Shown: positions 19,598 to 30,131, counted from the stretch's first letter. The stretch: DNA of 64,000 nucleotides from Saliphagus infecundisoli (GCF_020177375.1 NZ_JAIWHV010000015.1:1-64000), one strand, 5' to 3'. The notes: a model not told the origin generated them from the letters alone. Program-made: numbers and translations.

Positions 19598-20050
19598 ATG
19601 CGCTCATTCGAAGGCAATGACGGACACGTCATCCTCCAGCTTCAACCGGGCGATAAAGCCCTCGAGTCGATCACGGAGACGATCGATGACCACGAAATCG
19701 ATACGGGAGTCGTCGTTTCGGGAATCGGATCGTTGAACAAGCTCCACGTCCACTACGTGGTCCCCTACGAGGAGTTCCCGGAGTTCGCCGAGGACAACGA
19801 CGACGTCGATGAGTACCTCCACGAAGAAGGGGCCTGGGAGGTCGGATCGCTGCAAGGTGCGATCGCCGACGGTGAACCACATCTCCACATTACGGCGTTC
19901 GAGGCCGAAAGCGGGCGGATGATCGCGGGTCACCTCGAACCGGATTCGGTGGTCCACGCACTCATGGAGATCGTGATTCGTCCAATCGAGGGCCCCGAGT
20001 TAGCGCGCCGACCCGAAGAGATGGGAATCCCGATGCTCCAGTCGCGGTAG
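19598..20050 (+). CDS. PPC/DUF296 domain protein
   Basis: Single PCC/DUF296 fold, 150 aa. Confidence 0.65.
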   Translation: MRSFEGNDGHVILQLQPGDKALESITETIDDHEIDTGVVVSGIGSLNKLHVHYVVPYEEFPEFAEDNDDVDEYLHEEGAWEVGSLQGAIADGEPHLHITAFEAESGRMIAGHLEPDSVVHALMEIVIRPIEGPELARRPEEMGIPMLQSR

Positions 20051-20105
20051 GTCACGACCGGTCGAGTTGAGTGAATCATCTATCGATTTCACCGGCAACG
20101 ACCGC

Positions 20106-21041
20106 TCAGCCGTCTTCCTCCAGCGCCCGTGCGACTTCGATGAGGCGGTCGTCTCGTTGCCGCTGGACGTCCTCGGGAGACTCGTTGTAACTGAAAAATC
20201 CCGCTCCCTTCTCGACGCCGCCGCGGCCCTCCGCGAGATAGTCGTCGAAAAGGTCCGAGACCGTCTCGGCGTTCGAGAGTTCGGGGATGAGATCGTCACC
20301 GACCGTTTTGAAGAGTTCCAAACCAGCGATGTCGACCGTCTCGAAGGGGCCGATGACGGCCGTTCTACGGGCGTATCCGTCTCGGATGGCCGTATTGACG
20401 TCCTCAACCGACGCAACACCCTCTTCGACGATGTGTGCACATTCCCTAAGGACGGCAAACTGGACACGGTTCCAAACGAACCCGGGGACGTCACGGTGGA
20501 CGATGATCGGCTTGCGCCCGACGGCCTCGACGAACGCGGCGAGCCGATCGACGGTTTCCTCCGACGTTGATTCGCCCCGAATAACCTCGACTGTCGGTAG
20601 CAGGTACGGTGGAAAGAGCCAGTGACAACCGACGACTCGATCGGCAAAAGGGAAGCCGGCCGCGATCTCCGTGATCGGGATCCCGGACGTGTTGGTCGCG
20701 AGGATCGCGTTCGACGGAGCAGCGGCGGCAACGGTCTCGAACACCTCCCGTTTCGTCTCGAGGTCTTCGGCGACCGTCTCGAGGACGATCTCGGACTCGG
20801 CGACCCCCTCCGGGGCGTCGAGGGTGAATGTAACGCCGTCGAGAACGACCTCGGGGGACGCCTCCATCATGCCACGGTCGTTCAGGAAACGGACCGTCTC
20901 TCGGATTCGACTGCGAGCATCGTCGAGATTCGACTGGCGGTGGTCGATGAGTGTGACGGGAAGGTCAGCCGAGCGGAAATGGACGACGAAACCAGCACCC
21001 ATCTGACCCGCACCGATCACACTGAGTTGTAAGTCTTGCAT
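20106..21041 (-). CDS. 3-hydroxyacyl-CoA dehydrogenase family protein
   Basis: N-terminal VIGAGQMG Rossmann motif and a C-terminal 3HCDH domain. Confidence 0.8.
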   Translation of the reverse strand: MQDLQLSVIGAGQMGAGFVVHFRSADLPVTLIDHRQSNLDDARSRIRETVRFLNDRGMMEASPEVVLDGVTFTLDAPEGVAESEIVLETVAEDLETKREVFETVAAAAPSNAILATNTSGIPITEIAAGFPFADRVVGCHWLFPPYLLPTVEVIRGESTSEETVDRLAAFVEAVGRKPIIVHRDVPGFVWNRVQFAVLRECAHIVEEGVASVEDVNTAIRDGYARRTAVIGPFETVDIAGLELFKTVGDDLIPELSNAETVSDLFDDYLAEGRGGVEKGAGFFSYNESPEDVQRQRDDRLIEVARALEEDG

Positions 21042-21161
21042 CCAGTGTCCGAACTCGGAGCTAGCGAACTTATAATGTGATGATGCTCCACCTCGATACG
21101 GAACTCCAGGCCAACCCTCTCTTGGGTACCTGAGGAGAGACGGGGTTGCCGACGGCGGGCA

Positions 21162-21578
21162 TCACGGCGTGTCCGTCTCAGCGAGCTCGACGAGTTCGAT
21201 CGGGAGACCAGGGGTGGAATCCGGTTCGACGAACGCTCGAACGTATGGCCCGAGCCCCTCGACCGGTTGGTCATCGAACATCGGATAGCCGGCGTTCGCA
21301 AGCGACGCTATTGCCTCCTCGATATCGGAGACGATGACGGCGAGATGATACGGCGATACGTCGAGTAACTCGTCGAGCAACTCGTCAAGGTACGTTCCGC
21401 GCTCATCGCGGGCGACTACCTCGACCCGAAACGACGACCATTCGACGAATGCGACGTTAACCGCGCCGCCCACAGTTGTCGTCTCACCGACAGTCCCGTC
21501 GAGGGCATCCCGGTAGAACCGGATCGTTCGATCGTACTCGGTGGTGACGTGACCGACGTGGTGTAATCCCGAAAGCAT
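21162..21578 (-). CDS. VOC/glyoxalase family protein
   Basis: HHVGHVT start and a paired beta-alpha-beta-beta-beta module, about 138 aa. Confidence 0.7.
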   Translation of the reverse strand: MLSGLHHVGHVTTEYDRTIRFYRDALDGTVGETTTVGGAVNVAFVEWSSFRVEVVARDERGTYLDELLDELLDVSPYHLAVIVSDIEEAIASLANAGYPMFDDQPVEGLGPYVRAFVEPDSTPGLPIELVELAETDTP

Positions 21579-21745
21579 ACCGGGCTAGCACAGTAGCCCC
21601 ATCACCAAGTGTTTTCCCTCGAATTCCGAGCTCCGGACATGGACCAAAACTGGCGTATCGCGGTGGTGTAGGGTGTCTCGTCACTGTTCCGCTGAACCGG
21701 GAGAGTACAGCCCTCAACTCTGGCGTTCGGACGTTTCGGTCCCAA

Positions 21746-22945
21746 TCACTGAGCCGGGTCGAACAGAGTCTCGCCCTCGACCATACGATCCTCGACGACG
21801 TCGAGGTCGAGGTCAACCCCGAGCCCGGCCTTGTCGGGCACGGCTATGCAGCCGTCTTCGATGATCGAGTCCGAGCCCGCAACTAAATCAGCCCACCAGT
21901 CTACGTCTCGAGCGTGGTACTCCATGGCGAGGAAATTTGAGGCAGCGGCGGCGACGTGGGCCGACGCCATCGTCCCGATCGGCGAGGAGACGTTGTGTAG
22001 TGCCAGCGGGACGTAATATGCCTTGGCCAGATCGGCCATCTTCTTCGTCTCGAGCATCCCACCGGTCTTGGGAACGTCGGGGTGAAGTATATCGAGCCCC
22101 TGGTTTTCGATCAGCCGTCGGGCACCTTCGACGCGATAAACGTTCTCACCGGCAGCGATCGTCGTATCGGTGCTGTGCGTAACCTGAATCTGGACGTCGT
22201 GGTTCTCGGGGGGGACGGTGTCCTCGAGCCACCACACTGGATACGGCTCGATCGCCTTGGCCAGCCGTCGTATACTGTCGCCCGTCCAGCTCCAGTGACA
22301 GTCGAAGGCGACGTCGGCGCGGTCGCCGACGCGTTCCGTTACGGCTTCGACGATATCCGTTCGATACTCGATTGCACGCGCGTTCAGATGCTTGTTTCGT
22401 TGGTCGAGCTCGTAGCGGTCAGTTGCATCCAGATCGAACTTCAGGGCGTCGAAGCCGTCTTCAACGACGTCCTCGGCAGCGTCGGCATACGATTCTGGAG
22501 AGTAAGGATCGTAGTCATCCGTGACGTTTGTCCGCCGGAGGTGCTCGCCAGCGTGACTATCACAGTAGACTCGAACCTCGTCGCGGTGTTTCCCCCCTAA
22601 GAGCTGGTAGGCTGGCACGTCGAGTACCTTCCCCGCGAGATCGTGAAGCGCGATATCGATCCCCGAGATCGCCGTCACTGCGATACCGTTCATCGCGCCG
22701 TAGTGGGCGAGTTGATCGAACAGTTCAGTACAGCGCGCGTCGATGTCGGTTGGATTCTTCCCGATGACGACGTCCTTGGCGTATTCGATGTAGGCGTCGG
22801 CCTTCGGCCCGAGTACTGCTTCTCCGGTTCCGGTTATGCCTGCGTCCGAGTACACTCTCACGAGCGTCCATTCGAAGTTCCCGGCGACTTTCGTCGTCTG
22901 GATGTCCGTAATCTCTATGTCACGCTGATCGCTAATGCGCACCAT
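21746..22945 (-). CDS. enolase-superfamily (mandelate racemase/muconate lactonizing) sugar-acid dehydratase
   Basis: Capping domain plus TIM barrel. FDCHWSW and LHNVSSPIG regions are shared with the paralog at 30234. Confidence 0.8.
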   Translation of the reverse strand: MVRISDQRDIEITDIQTTKVAGNFEWTLVRVYSDAGITGTGEAVLGPKADAYIEYAKDVVIGKNPTDIDARCTELFDQLAHYGAMNGIAVTAISGIDIALHDLAGKVLDVPAYQLLGGKHRDEVRVYCDSHAGEHLRRTNVTDDYDPYSPESYADAAEDVVEDGFDALKFDLDATDRYELDQRNKHLNARAIEYRTDIVEAVTERVGDRADVAFDCHWSWTGDSIRRLAKAIEPYPVWWLEDTVPPENHDVQIQVTHSTDTTIAAGENVYRVEGARRLIENQGLDILHPDVPKTGGMLETKKMADLAKAYYVPLALHNVSSPIGTMASAHVAAAASNFLAMEYHARDVDWWADLVAGSDSIIEDGCIAVPDKAGLGVDLDLDVVEDRMVEGETLFDPAQ

Positions 22946-23182
22946 GGGTAGATCACCCATAGTGGTCTAATAAAACTACCGTACGATGTCGCTCCTGCTG
23001 CAATTCTTCTAGCCTCGACATCGGTCTCGGAAAACGGGTCACGACGACTCCGTCAGCGTCTAATCCCTACTATGGGGGCAAGACAACGATCTATTGTACT
23101 ACCATCTCTCATCCAATACGACGCCCACTGAAATCCGTGCTATTTACTATCTAGCAGCCGTAGCCTCTGCTGAATACTCACC

Positions 23183-24430
23183 ATGGAACTAGAGTATCCG
23201 ACGCCAGCTCAGGGACCACGAGTACTGGTCTCGCCGTCCCGAATGGTCGTCGGACGTGGCGCAGTGGAACAGGTCGGTGATTATACGACTCTATACGGCG
23301 ATACGGCGCTCGTCGTCGCTACTCCGGAGATTTACGATATCCACGGGGAGACAGTCATAGCCGAACTCGAAGCGAACGGTATCGAAGTAGTACCGTTTGT
23401 CGACGTTCGTTCGGATCCGACTGTGGCGAACGTCGAAGATGCCTACAGCCGCTGGGAGACAGAAGGTTGTGAAGTAATCGTCACACTCGGTGGTGGCTCC
23501 TCGATTGACGTGGGTAAGGCCATCGGCGTGCTGGCGGCGAACGAGGGGAGTATCCGCTCGTTCGCTGTAGATGAGGCGGGCTATGGAGGAGTTCCGAACC
23601 CGACACCACCACTAATCGCAGTCAATACGACAGCGGGCACGGGTAGCGAGGCGACGCAAACGATCGTCTTGACCGATACCGAAACCACGACGAAATTCAT
23701 TATCGTCTCAGAACATGTAGTCCCCGAGGTGGCCATTGAGGATCCAGTTCTCACCCTTTCGCTCCCCAAGAGCCATACAGCCTTTACCGGGATCGATGCC
23801 TTGACTCACGCCATCGAGGCGTTCGTTTCGGTGAAGACCTACAGCGTTCCGGACGACTACGCGCGCGCCGCGATCCGCCGAATCGCTCGGTCGTTCCCTA
23901 CTGCGTGGGCGAACGGGGACGATATCGATGCACGCACGGACATGATGATCGGCCAGTTACAGGCTGGGCAGGCGTTCACGAATGCTTCCGTAGCCTTGGT
24001 CCACGGCATGGCACGCCCTCTCGGCGCACAGCTCCATATCCCTCATGGTCTCGCAAACGCGCTGCTTTTGCCCTACGTCATGAAATTCTCTGCGATAGGG
24101 GCGCCCGAGAAGTACGCTGAAATCGCACGCATCTTCAACGTCGCGGATGAAGCAGACTCTGATCGCAAGGCTGCAATGGAGGCAGCAGATGCGGTCCGCG
24201 AACTGTGTACGGATGTCGGATTGGCGACGTACCTCGACGACTTCGGCGAGGTACCCGGCCGCGAGGAGTTCCTCGATGTGATCCCGGAAATGGCCCAGGA
24301 CGCGATCGATTCCGGATCACCGGCGAACAATCCACGCAAGCCAACGAAGTCAGAGATCGAGTCACTGTTTGTCGAGGTGTATGATGACGCACTGGCGTCC
24401 GATAGCCCGCGTCGTTGCCGAGCCAATTAA
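23183..24430 (+). CDS. iron-containing (group III) alcohol dehydrogenase
   Basis: GGGSSIDVGK motif and the His-rich metal site typical of Fe-ADH. Confidence 0.8.
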   Translation: MELEYPTPAQGPRVLVSPSRMVVGRGAVEQVGDYTTLYGDTALVVATPEIYDIHGETVIAELEANGIEVVPFVDVRSDPTVANVEDAYSRWETEGCEVIVTLGGGSSIDVGKAIGVLAANEGSIRSFAVDEAGYGGVPNPTPPLIAVNTTAGTGSEATQTIVLTDTETTTKFIIVSEHVVPEVAIEDPVLTLSLPKSHTAFTGIDALTHAIEAFVSVKTYSVPDDYARAAIRRIARSFPTAWANGDDIDARTDMMIGQLQAGQAFTNASVALVHGMARPLGAQLHIPHGLANALLLPYVMKFSAIGAPEKYAEIARIFNVADEADSDRKAAMEAADAVRELCTDVGLATYLDDFGEVPGREEFLDVIPEMAQDAIDSGSPANNPRKPTKSEIESLFVEVYDDALASDSPRRCRAN

Positions 24431-24502
24431 GCGAGTATCCCGCCACCTCATAAACCGAAAATAGATGTTCTAGTGTCTATTCGACACGGTGTTGTTTTTG
24501 AG

Positions 24503-25393
24503 TTATATATCCCGCCAGGAGTGAACGGGCTCCCAGCCGAGCAGTTCGGTCGCCTTCTCGGTCGTGACGAGGCTCTCGTGGCCCGAAAACGGGCGCCGTA
24601 TCTCCGCTCCGGGGTGGAACTCCTCGATCAGCTCTTCGGTCGGAACGTTCGTGCTCGTATCGGCGGCGGACGCCCAGAACGTTTCGTGGCCTTCGAACTC
24701 TGCTTCCACGGTTCGTACGGCGAGCCGGGCTGCATCGTCCGCGTGGATGTAGGCGAAGAGGTCGTCACTTGGGCCGTCGGGATCCCACCCTTCCCGAAGA
24801 GCAGGGAGGGAGCGATCCGTTTCGGCGTACCGGTCTCGCAGCGAATCCGTCGCGCCCACGTAGGGGAAACGGATCGTCGCGATCGTCTCCGGCTCGCCCG
24901 AAAGCCGACCAAAGCCGTCGGCGATCTCCTCCGTTACGCGCTTTCCGAGCGCGTAGGGATCACGGGGTGTAGTGGGGTGGGCTTCGTCCACCGGGAGGTA
25001 TTCGATCTCGGGCGGGACGTCCTGGAAGTTGAAGCCGAGGGCGTTGATGCTCGAAGCCAAGCAAGCCGCCTCCAGACCGAGCGCGGAAGCGGCCTCGAGG
25101 ACGTGAAAGGACGTCATGGCGTTGCTCGCGAAGGTCTCGGCGCCCGGGTGGTTCAACGGCGTTCTGATCGTCCCCATGTGGATCACGGCGTCCGCATCGA
25201 CGTGGGCCAGCGCCCCGTAGACGTCCCCGGAATCGAGGACGTCCGTCTCGACGTACTCGTTCGCGTTCGATTCACCCGACGGGCGGACGCGATCTAGGTT
25301 CGCGGTCCGGTAACCGGCGTTGCTCGCGTTCGCGATAATGCTGCTCCCGATGAGGCCGCTGCCCCCGGTGACGGCAATGGTGTCGAGCGCCAT
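24503..25393 (-). CDS. NAD-dependent epimerase/dehydratase (extended SDR)
   Basis: TGGSGLIGS Rossmann motif and YxxxK (YALGK). Confidence 0.8.
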   Translation of the reverse strand: MALDTIAVTGGSGLIGSSIIANASNAGYRTANLDRVRPSGESNANEYVETDVLDSGDVYGALAHVDADAVIHMGTIRTPLNHPGAETFASNAMTSFHVLEAASALGLEAACLASSINALGFNFQDVPPEIEYLPVDEAHPTTPRDPYALGKRVTEEIADGFGRLSGEPETIATIRFPYVGATDSLRDRYAETDRSLPALREGWDPDGPSDDLFAYIHADDAARLAVRTVEAEFEGHETFWASAADTSTNVPTEELIEEFHPGAEIRRPFSGHESLVTTEKATELLGWEPVHSWRDI

Positions 25394-25499
25394 ATACTCT
25401 TCCTGGGGAGAACCCTATTAAAATTCAGCGTCGCCCCATGTGGGACGTTCATTCGACCGTTGCGGACTCCGGCTCTCCCGGTACACCCGGCATCGGTCC

Positions 25500-26636
25500 T
25501 TACCACTCGGTGACGCTCCCGTCATCGCGACGCATCACCGGCGCGTCCCAGGCGTCCTCCGTCGCCATTTCCCGGACGAAATCCTCGTCCATATCGATCC
25601 CCAGCCCCGGCTCTTCGGGGAGGTCGATGTACCCACCCTCGTCGTAGTCGAAAACGGTCATGTCCGAAAGGTAGTTCGGAGTGCCCTCTTGGTGGACGAT
25701 CTGTTCCTGAATGATCGCGTTGGGTGTGCAGGCACAGAGCTGCACGCAAGCCGCGAGCGCGACCGCGCTCAAGGGGGAATGTGGGGCGACCGCTGCATCG
25801 TACGTCTCCGCCATTGTTGCGATCTTTCGGGTTTCGGTGATTCCCCCTGCGTGCGCGACGTCAGGCTGGACGACGTCGATCACACCGTCCTCCAGCAGTG
25901 ATCGATATTCCCAGCGGGAGAACATCCGCTCGCCCGTGGCAATGGGAATGGTAGTGTGTTGGGCAATCTCCGGGAGGAGGTGGTTCTTCTCCGGGACGAC
26001 CAGTTCCTCGTAGAACAGCGGGTCGAACTCCTCGAGTTCCGAGACGAGGCGTTTGGCCATCTGTTTCGAGGGCCGGCCGTGGAAGTCAAGCATGATGTCG
26101 ACCTCGTCGCCGACAGCTGTACGGGCCGCCCCAACCATCTCCCTGACGAAATCGAGCGACACACGATTGTCGAGATGTTCCCAGTTGACCCGGGGCCCGT
26201 TCTTGATCGCGGTAAACCCGCTCTCGACGCGCTCGCGAGCGGCCTCGGCCATCTCGTCGGGAGTGCTCCCACTGAAGTGTGCGTACAGCCGGATTCGTTC
26301 GCGGGCCTTTCCGCCGAGCAGCTCGTAGACTGGCACCCCCAGAGCCTTGCCCTTGATGTCCCACAGCGCGTGATCGATGCCCGAGAGCGCGCTCATGAGG
26401 ATCGGCCCTCCACGGTAGAACCCGCTACGGTACATCTTCGACCAGTGATCCTCGATCGGGAAGGGGTCCTCACCGACGATATAGGTCTCCAGAAGCTTCT
26501 CGACCGCGGCCGCGGCCGTCTGGGCCCGACCTTCGACTACGGGCTCCCCCCAGCCGACGATTCCGTCGCTGGTTTCGACTTTGAGGAGGAGCGATCTCGG
26601 GGGGACTTCGAACAGTTCGTAATCGGTGACACGCAT
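25500..26636 (-). CDS. D-galactonate dehydratase-like enolase-superfamily enzyme (canonical catalytic residues present)
   Basis: Has D-F-H in LDFHGR and APHSP, consistent with DgoD-type His185 and His285. Confidence 0.8.
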   Translation of the reverse strand: MRVTDYELFEVPPRSLLLKVETSDGIVGWGEPVVEGRAQTAAAAVEKLLETYIVGEDPFPIEDHWSKMYRSGFYRGGPILMSALSGIDHALWDIKGKALGVPVYELLGGKARERIRLYAHFSGSTPDEMAEAARERVESGFTAIKNGPRVNWEHLDNRVSLDFVREMVGAARTAVGDEVDIMLDFHGRPSKQMAKRLVSELEEFDPLFYEELVVPEKNHLLPEIAQHTTIPIATGERMFSRWEYRSLLEDGVIDVVQPDVAHAGGITETRKIATMAETYDAAVAPHSPLSAVALAACVQLCACTPNAIIQEQIVHQEGTPNYLSDMTVFDYDEGGYIDLPEEPGLGIDMDEDFVREMATEDAWDAPVMRRDDGSVTEW

Positions 26637-26947
26637 ATTCGATAGTCAGTAGTAGCCAGCATATATAGTTACGTCATATCAATACGCATAACACCGCTTC
26701 TGCTAGTGAATCGAGTGACGCCAACGACGGGTACGGAATCAACACGAGTCCTCGTTCGCCACCCAAGCGACGCTTGAACGTCGCTATCTTTATGAACCGA
26801 TCCCCTAACTCCAGTACAGCGAGGGTGATAGCGATGAGGTGGACTCGAACGAATCCTCGATAGGCAGATCGGCGTTCGCTCTGGATGTTATAGGCGACGG
26901 ACGGGGTGATCGAAGCGGAGGCGTGGCGAATCGATGAGGATCCACGA

Positions 26948-27712
26948 TCACTCGTTGTCGGCGAGTCTCCGTTCGATGTCTCGGGCAGTAGTTCCCAGGG
27001 TCATCGCGAGGTCTTGTCTCATTCTTGGCGTGGACAGGCGATCCGGCGGTCCAGCGACATAGATCGACCCGAGAACGGTATCCGAGGAACTGATGGGTGT
27101 GGCGATGGAGTGGTAGCTTCGCTGTTGTTCCCCACATTCAAAGGCGACCCCACGATCGCGAATTACCTCCAGCTGCTCAATTAGCTCGGCTCGATCAGTA
27201 ATCGTATCCTCAGTCAACTGGGGGAGTTCGTTTCGGTCCAGAATTTTGCCTCTCCGTTCTTCGGATAACTGTGAAAGAATCGCTTTTCCGGCCGCACTCG
27301 CGTGCAGATGATGGGAATTGATGAACGTGATGTCGTTCTTGGACGCGTAGTTACCCCGTATGCGAAAGAGATCGATCCCTCGGTCGTTCTCTTCGATAAA
27401 CAACCCGACCACATCCCCTGTGGCCCTCGCTAACTGCTCTACGTTGGTCTGGCCGACTCGATAGAGTCTGTATTCTCTCAACGTCGCGTCGTTCAATTCT
27501 ACGAATTTTGCACCAAGGTCGTACGTGCTCCCGTCTTTTTTCACATATCCGATGTCGCGAAGCGTCGCGAGATGTTTATATACTGTGCTTTTCGGCATGC
27601 CGAGATCTTGGGCGAGATCCGTGACCCCTCCCCCGTTCAACCGCACAAGTCCGTCCAGTACTTGGAAGGACGTTTGAGTCGTTTTATTTTTCTGTGGATC
27701 AATCGTTCCCAT
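26948..27712 (-). CDS. IclR family transcriptional regulator
   Basis: N-terminal wHTH (LAQDLGMPKSTVYKHLATL) and a C-terminal IclR effector domain. Confidence 0.85.
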   Translation of the reverse strand: MGTIDPQKNKTTQTSFQVLDGLVRLNGGGVTDLAQDLGMPKSTVYKHLATLRDIGYVKKDGSTYDLGAKFVELNDATLREYRLYRVGQTNVEQLARATGDVVGLFIEENDRGIDLFRIRGNYASKNDITFINSHHLHASAAGKAILSQLSEERRGKILDRNELPQLTEDTITDRAELIEQLEVIRDRGVAFECGEQQRSYHSIATPISSSDTVLGSIYVAGPPDRLSTPRMRQDLAMTLGTTARDIERRLADNE

Positions 27713-27833
27713 GATCTATGGTACCATTACGGTTGGAGGGGTAAAAAACTGTTCATACCCTGTGGACACCCTCCTCACGTAATTGTACCAGCACAGACAC
27801 CACCAGGGCGTCCGTTCATATAGTGTGGACAGC

Positions 27834-27857
27834 ATGGTGATCTCACGAACCACCATG
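27834..27857. promoter_or_regulatory. palindrome CATGGTG-N11-CACCATG in the IclR/dehydratase divergent intergenic region (candidate operator 1)
   Basis: Seen in sequence. Shares the core GGTGATCTC...CCACCATG with the second site. Confidence 0.4.
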
Positions 27858-28046
27858 ATCAATAGTCTTCTCGGATAGAACGACAAGTGGATCGTTCCAC
27901 GGGTCGTTTCGATTTGAATCACAGTCATATGCTTGTAATGGTGTGGCTACAGAGTTCCGTTCAGATCATAACTTCGGCGAGGATACGGCTTCGTTGGGAG
28001 TGTTACCGGTTGGTATGCGGAAAGAGACCCGGAATTCGCTTCATCT

Positions 28047-28066
28047 GGAACGGGTGGGTGATCTCC
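28047..28066. promoter_or_regulatory. second related site GGTGATCTCCATCCACCATG (candidate operator 2)
   Basis: Seen in sequence about 85 nt upstream of the dehydratase start. Confidence 0.35.
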
Positions 28067-28149
28067 ATCCACCATGTGTGAATAATAATGATATCCAGTT
28101 TCCGGATGCGACCGTTTATACACTGTGAGTGAGTACCTGCCATCCACGT

Positions 28150-29286
28150 ATGGAAGTAACCGATTACGAACTGTTCGAGATCCCCCCGGGATTGCTCTTT
28201 CTCAAACTGACCACGAGCGATGGCGAGACTGGGTGGGGAGAACCGACGAATCTCCCGTATTCACGGACCGTGAAGGCCGCGACCACGGAGGTGATGGAGA
28301 AGTATCTCCTCGGTGAGGATCCACTCCGGATCGGGGATCACTGGCAAGCGATGTATCGCGGCGGATATCATCGAGACGGCCCGATACTGATGAGCGCCAT
28401 CGCGGGCATCGAACAGGCGCTGTGGGACATCAAAGGCAACCACTACGGTGCCCCCGTGTACGAGTTCCTTGGCGGTCAGTGTCGGGATCGGGTCCGTGTC
28501 TACCAGCGTATTGGCGGGGACCGACCGGAACACATCGCGTCGGAGGCCGAACGGGCAGTCGAAGAGGGGTTCTCCGCCGTAAAGATCGACGCCACCGAGA
28601 GATTAGCCCATATTGACGCACCGGCGGTCACGGATCACGTCCGCCAGCGCGTCGAAGCCGTCCAAGAGGCGGTCGGCGACGAGGTCGGTGTCTGTGTCGA
28701 TTTCCGTGGCCGCGCGTCGAAGACGATGGCACGGCGACTGGTAACCCATCTCGAGCCCTACGACCTGTTGTTCGTCGAAGAACCGCTCCGTCCCGAAGAC
28801 ATCGCTTCGTTTCCGGATCTGGCGAGACATACGGCTACCCCGCTCGCGATCGGCGAGCGGCTGTATTCTCGGTGGGACTTCAAGCCGCTACTCGATACGG
28901 AACTCGTCGACGTCGTCCAACCGGACATCTCCCGAGCGGGGGGGATCTCCGAGAGTATGCGGATCGCCCAGATGGCAGAGACTTCGGGCGCGGCAGTCTC
29001 TCAGATCCGCCCGCGGAGTCCGCTCGCGCTTGCGGCGACGATCCAGGTCAGTGCCAGCATCCCGAACCATCTCATCCATGATTATGGCTTCCCGGGTCAA
29101 GAAGAGGTACACGACTACTTCGACTACTCGGCGTTCTCACTGGAGGACGGCTACGTCAACATTCCCGACGGCCCGGGGTTGAACGTCGACATCGATGAGG
29201 ACCGCGTCCGTGAGTTGGACGCAATTGAGGTTGATCAGCCGTACCCCCTTCGACGCCACCCCGATGGCAGCGTCGCCGAGTTCTAA
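28150..29286 (+). CDS. divergent galactonate-dehydratase paralog lacking both catalytic histidines
   Basis: About 45% identical to the 25500 gene. Has VDFRGR instead of LDFHGR, and SQIRPRSP instead of APHSP. Confidence 0.75.
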   Translation: MEVTDYELFEIPPGLLFLKLTTSDGETGWGEPTNLPYSRTVKAATTEVMEKYLLGEDPLRIGDHWQAMYRGGYHRDGPILMSAIAGIEQALWDIKGNHYGAPVYEFLGGQCRDRVRVYQRIGGDRPEHIASEAERAVEEGFSAVKIDATERLAHIDAPAVTDHVRQRVEAVQEAVGDEVGVCVDFRGRASKTMARRLVTHLEPYDLLFVEEPLRPEDIASFPDLARHTATPLAIGERLYSRWDFKPLLDTELVDVVQPDISRAGGISESMRIAQMAETSGAAVSQIRPRSPLALAATIQVSASIPNHLIHDYGFPGQEEVHDYFDYSAFSLEDGYVNIPDGPGLNVDIDEDRVRELDAIEVDQPYPLRRHPDGSVAEF

Positions 29287-29450
29287 TGGTATCGGTTCGC
29301 TTCAGATGGACGACCCATCGAGCGTCGGTTCCAGACGCGAAGCGGACCGGTGGGTTCGTGACTGGATCGTTCATGTCACTACGGCTGCGAACCCGCGTAT
29401 TTCGTTTCGACAACCAACAACGGCTACACAATGCCGGAACGGAGCGACGC

Positions 29451-30131
29451 TTACAGCGTTTCGTAGCGGTCCCAGACTTCGTAGACGGAATCGCCTGAGC
29501 GAATGTCCTCACGGACGTGCTCTTCGAGTTCCATTTCCTCTTCGCCCCGCTCGATCACGTCATCGACGATCTCTGGCGGGATGACGGCGATCGATTCGTA
29601 GTCCGCCAGAACGACGTCGCCGGGGGAGATGGTTACGCCCTCGATCTCGACCGGGACTTCCGTTTCACGCAGGCTCACTCGCCCGAACGATTCGATCGAG
29701 CTGTGCCCCTCTGACCAGACGGGAAACCCATGATCCTCGATCATCCGGGAGTCGCGGGTTGCTCCATCGATGAGGGCGCCAGCGGCGCCTCGTTCCTGGG
29801 CGATGGTGCTGAGGAGTTCTCCCCACATACCGGACTTCGTGTCGTCGGGCGCTGCTCGGATGACGAAGTCCCCCTCACTGATCTCCTCGAGGTACTGTAA
29901 CCCGAGTTCATCGCGAGGATCGTCGCCACGTTTCTCTTCATAGCCGATCTCGACGTATTGAGAGGTGTAGGCCGTTCCTACCGCTGGTTCTCGACTCCAG
30001 AGGGCGCGGATGCGCTTACACGGGATGACGTTATCGTCGATCCCCATCTCGTCGGTGATATCGTTGACCATCGCGCTGTGCAGGCCCTGTAGCCGATCCC
30101 GTTGGGTCTCCGTGAGACTCGTTGTCATCAT
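29451..30131 (-). CDS. RraA-family protein (RraA-like keto-deoxy-acid aldolase / 4-hydroxy-2-oxoglutarate aldolase type)
   Basis: RraA/MenG-like fold with a GATRD-like region. Confidence 0.7.
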   Translation of the reverse strand: MMTTSLTETQRDRLQGLHSAMVNDITDEMGIDDNVIPCKRIRALWSREPAVGTAYTSQYVEIGYEEKRGDDPRDELGLQYLEEISEGDFVIRAAPDDTKSGMWGELLSTIAQERGAAGALIDGATRDSRMIEDHGFPVWSEGHSSIESFGRVSLRETEVPVEIEGVTISPGDVVLADYESIAVIPPEIVDDVIERGEEEMELEEHVREDIRSGDSVYEVWDRYETL

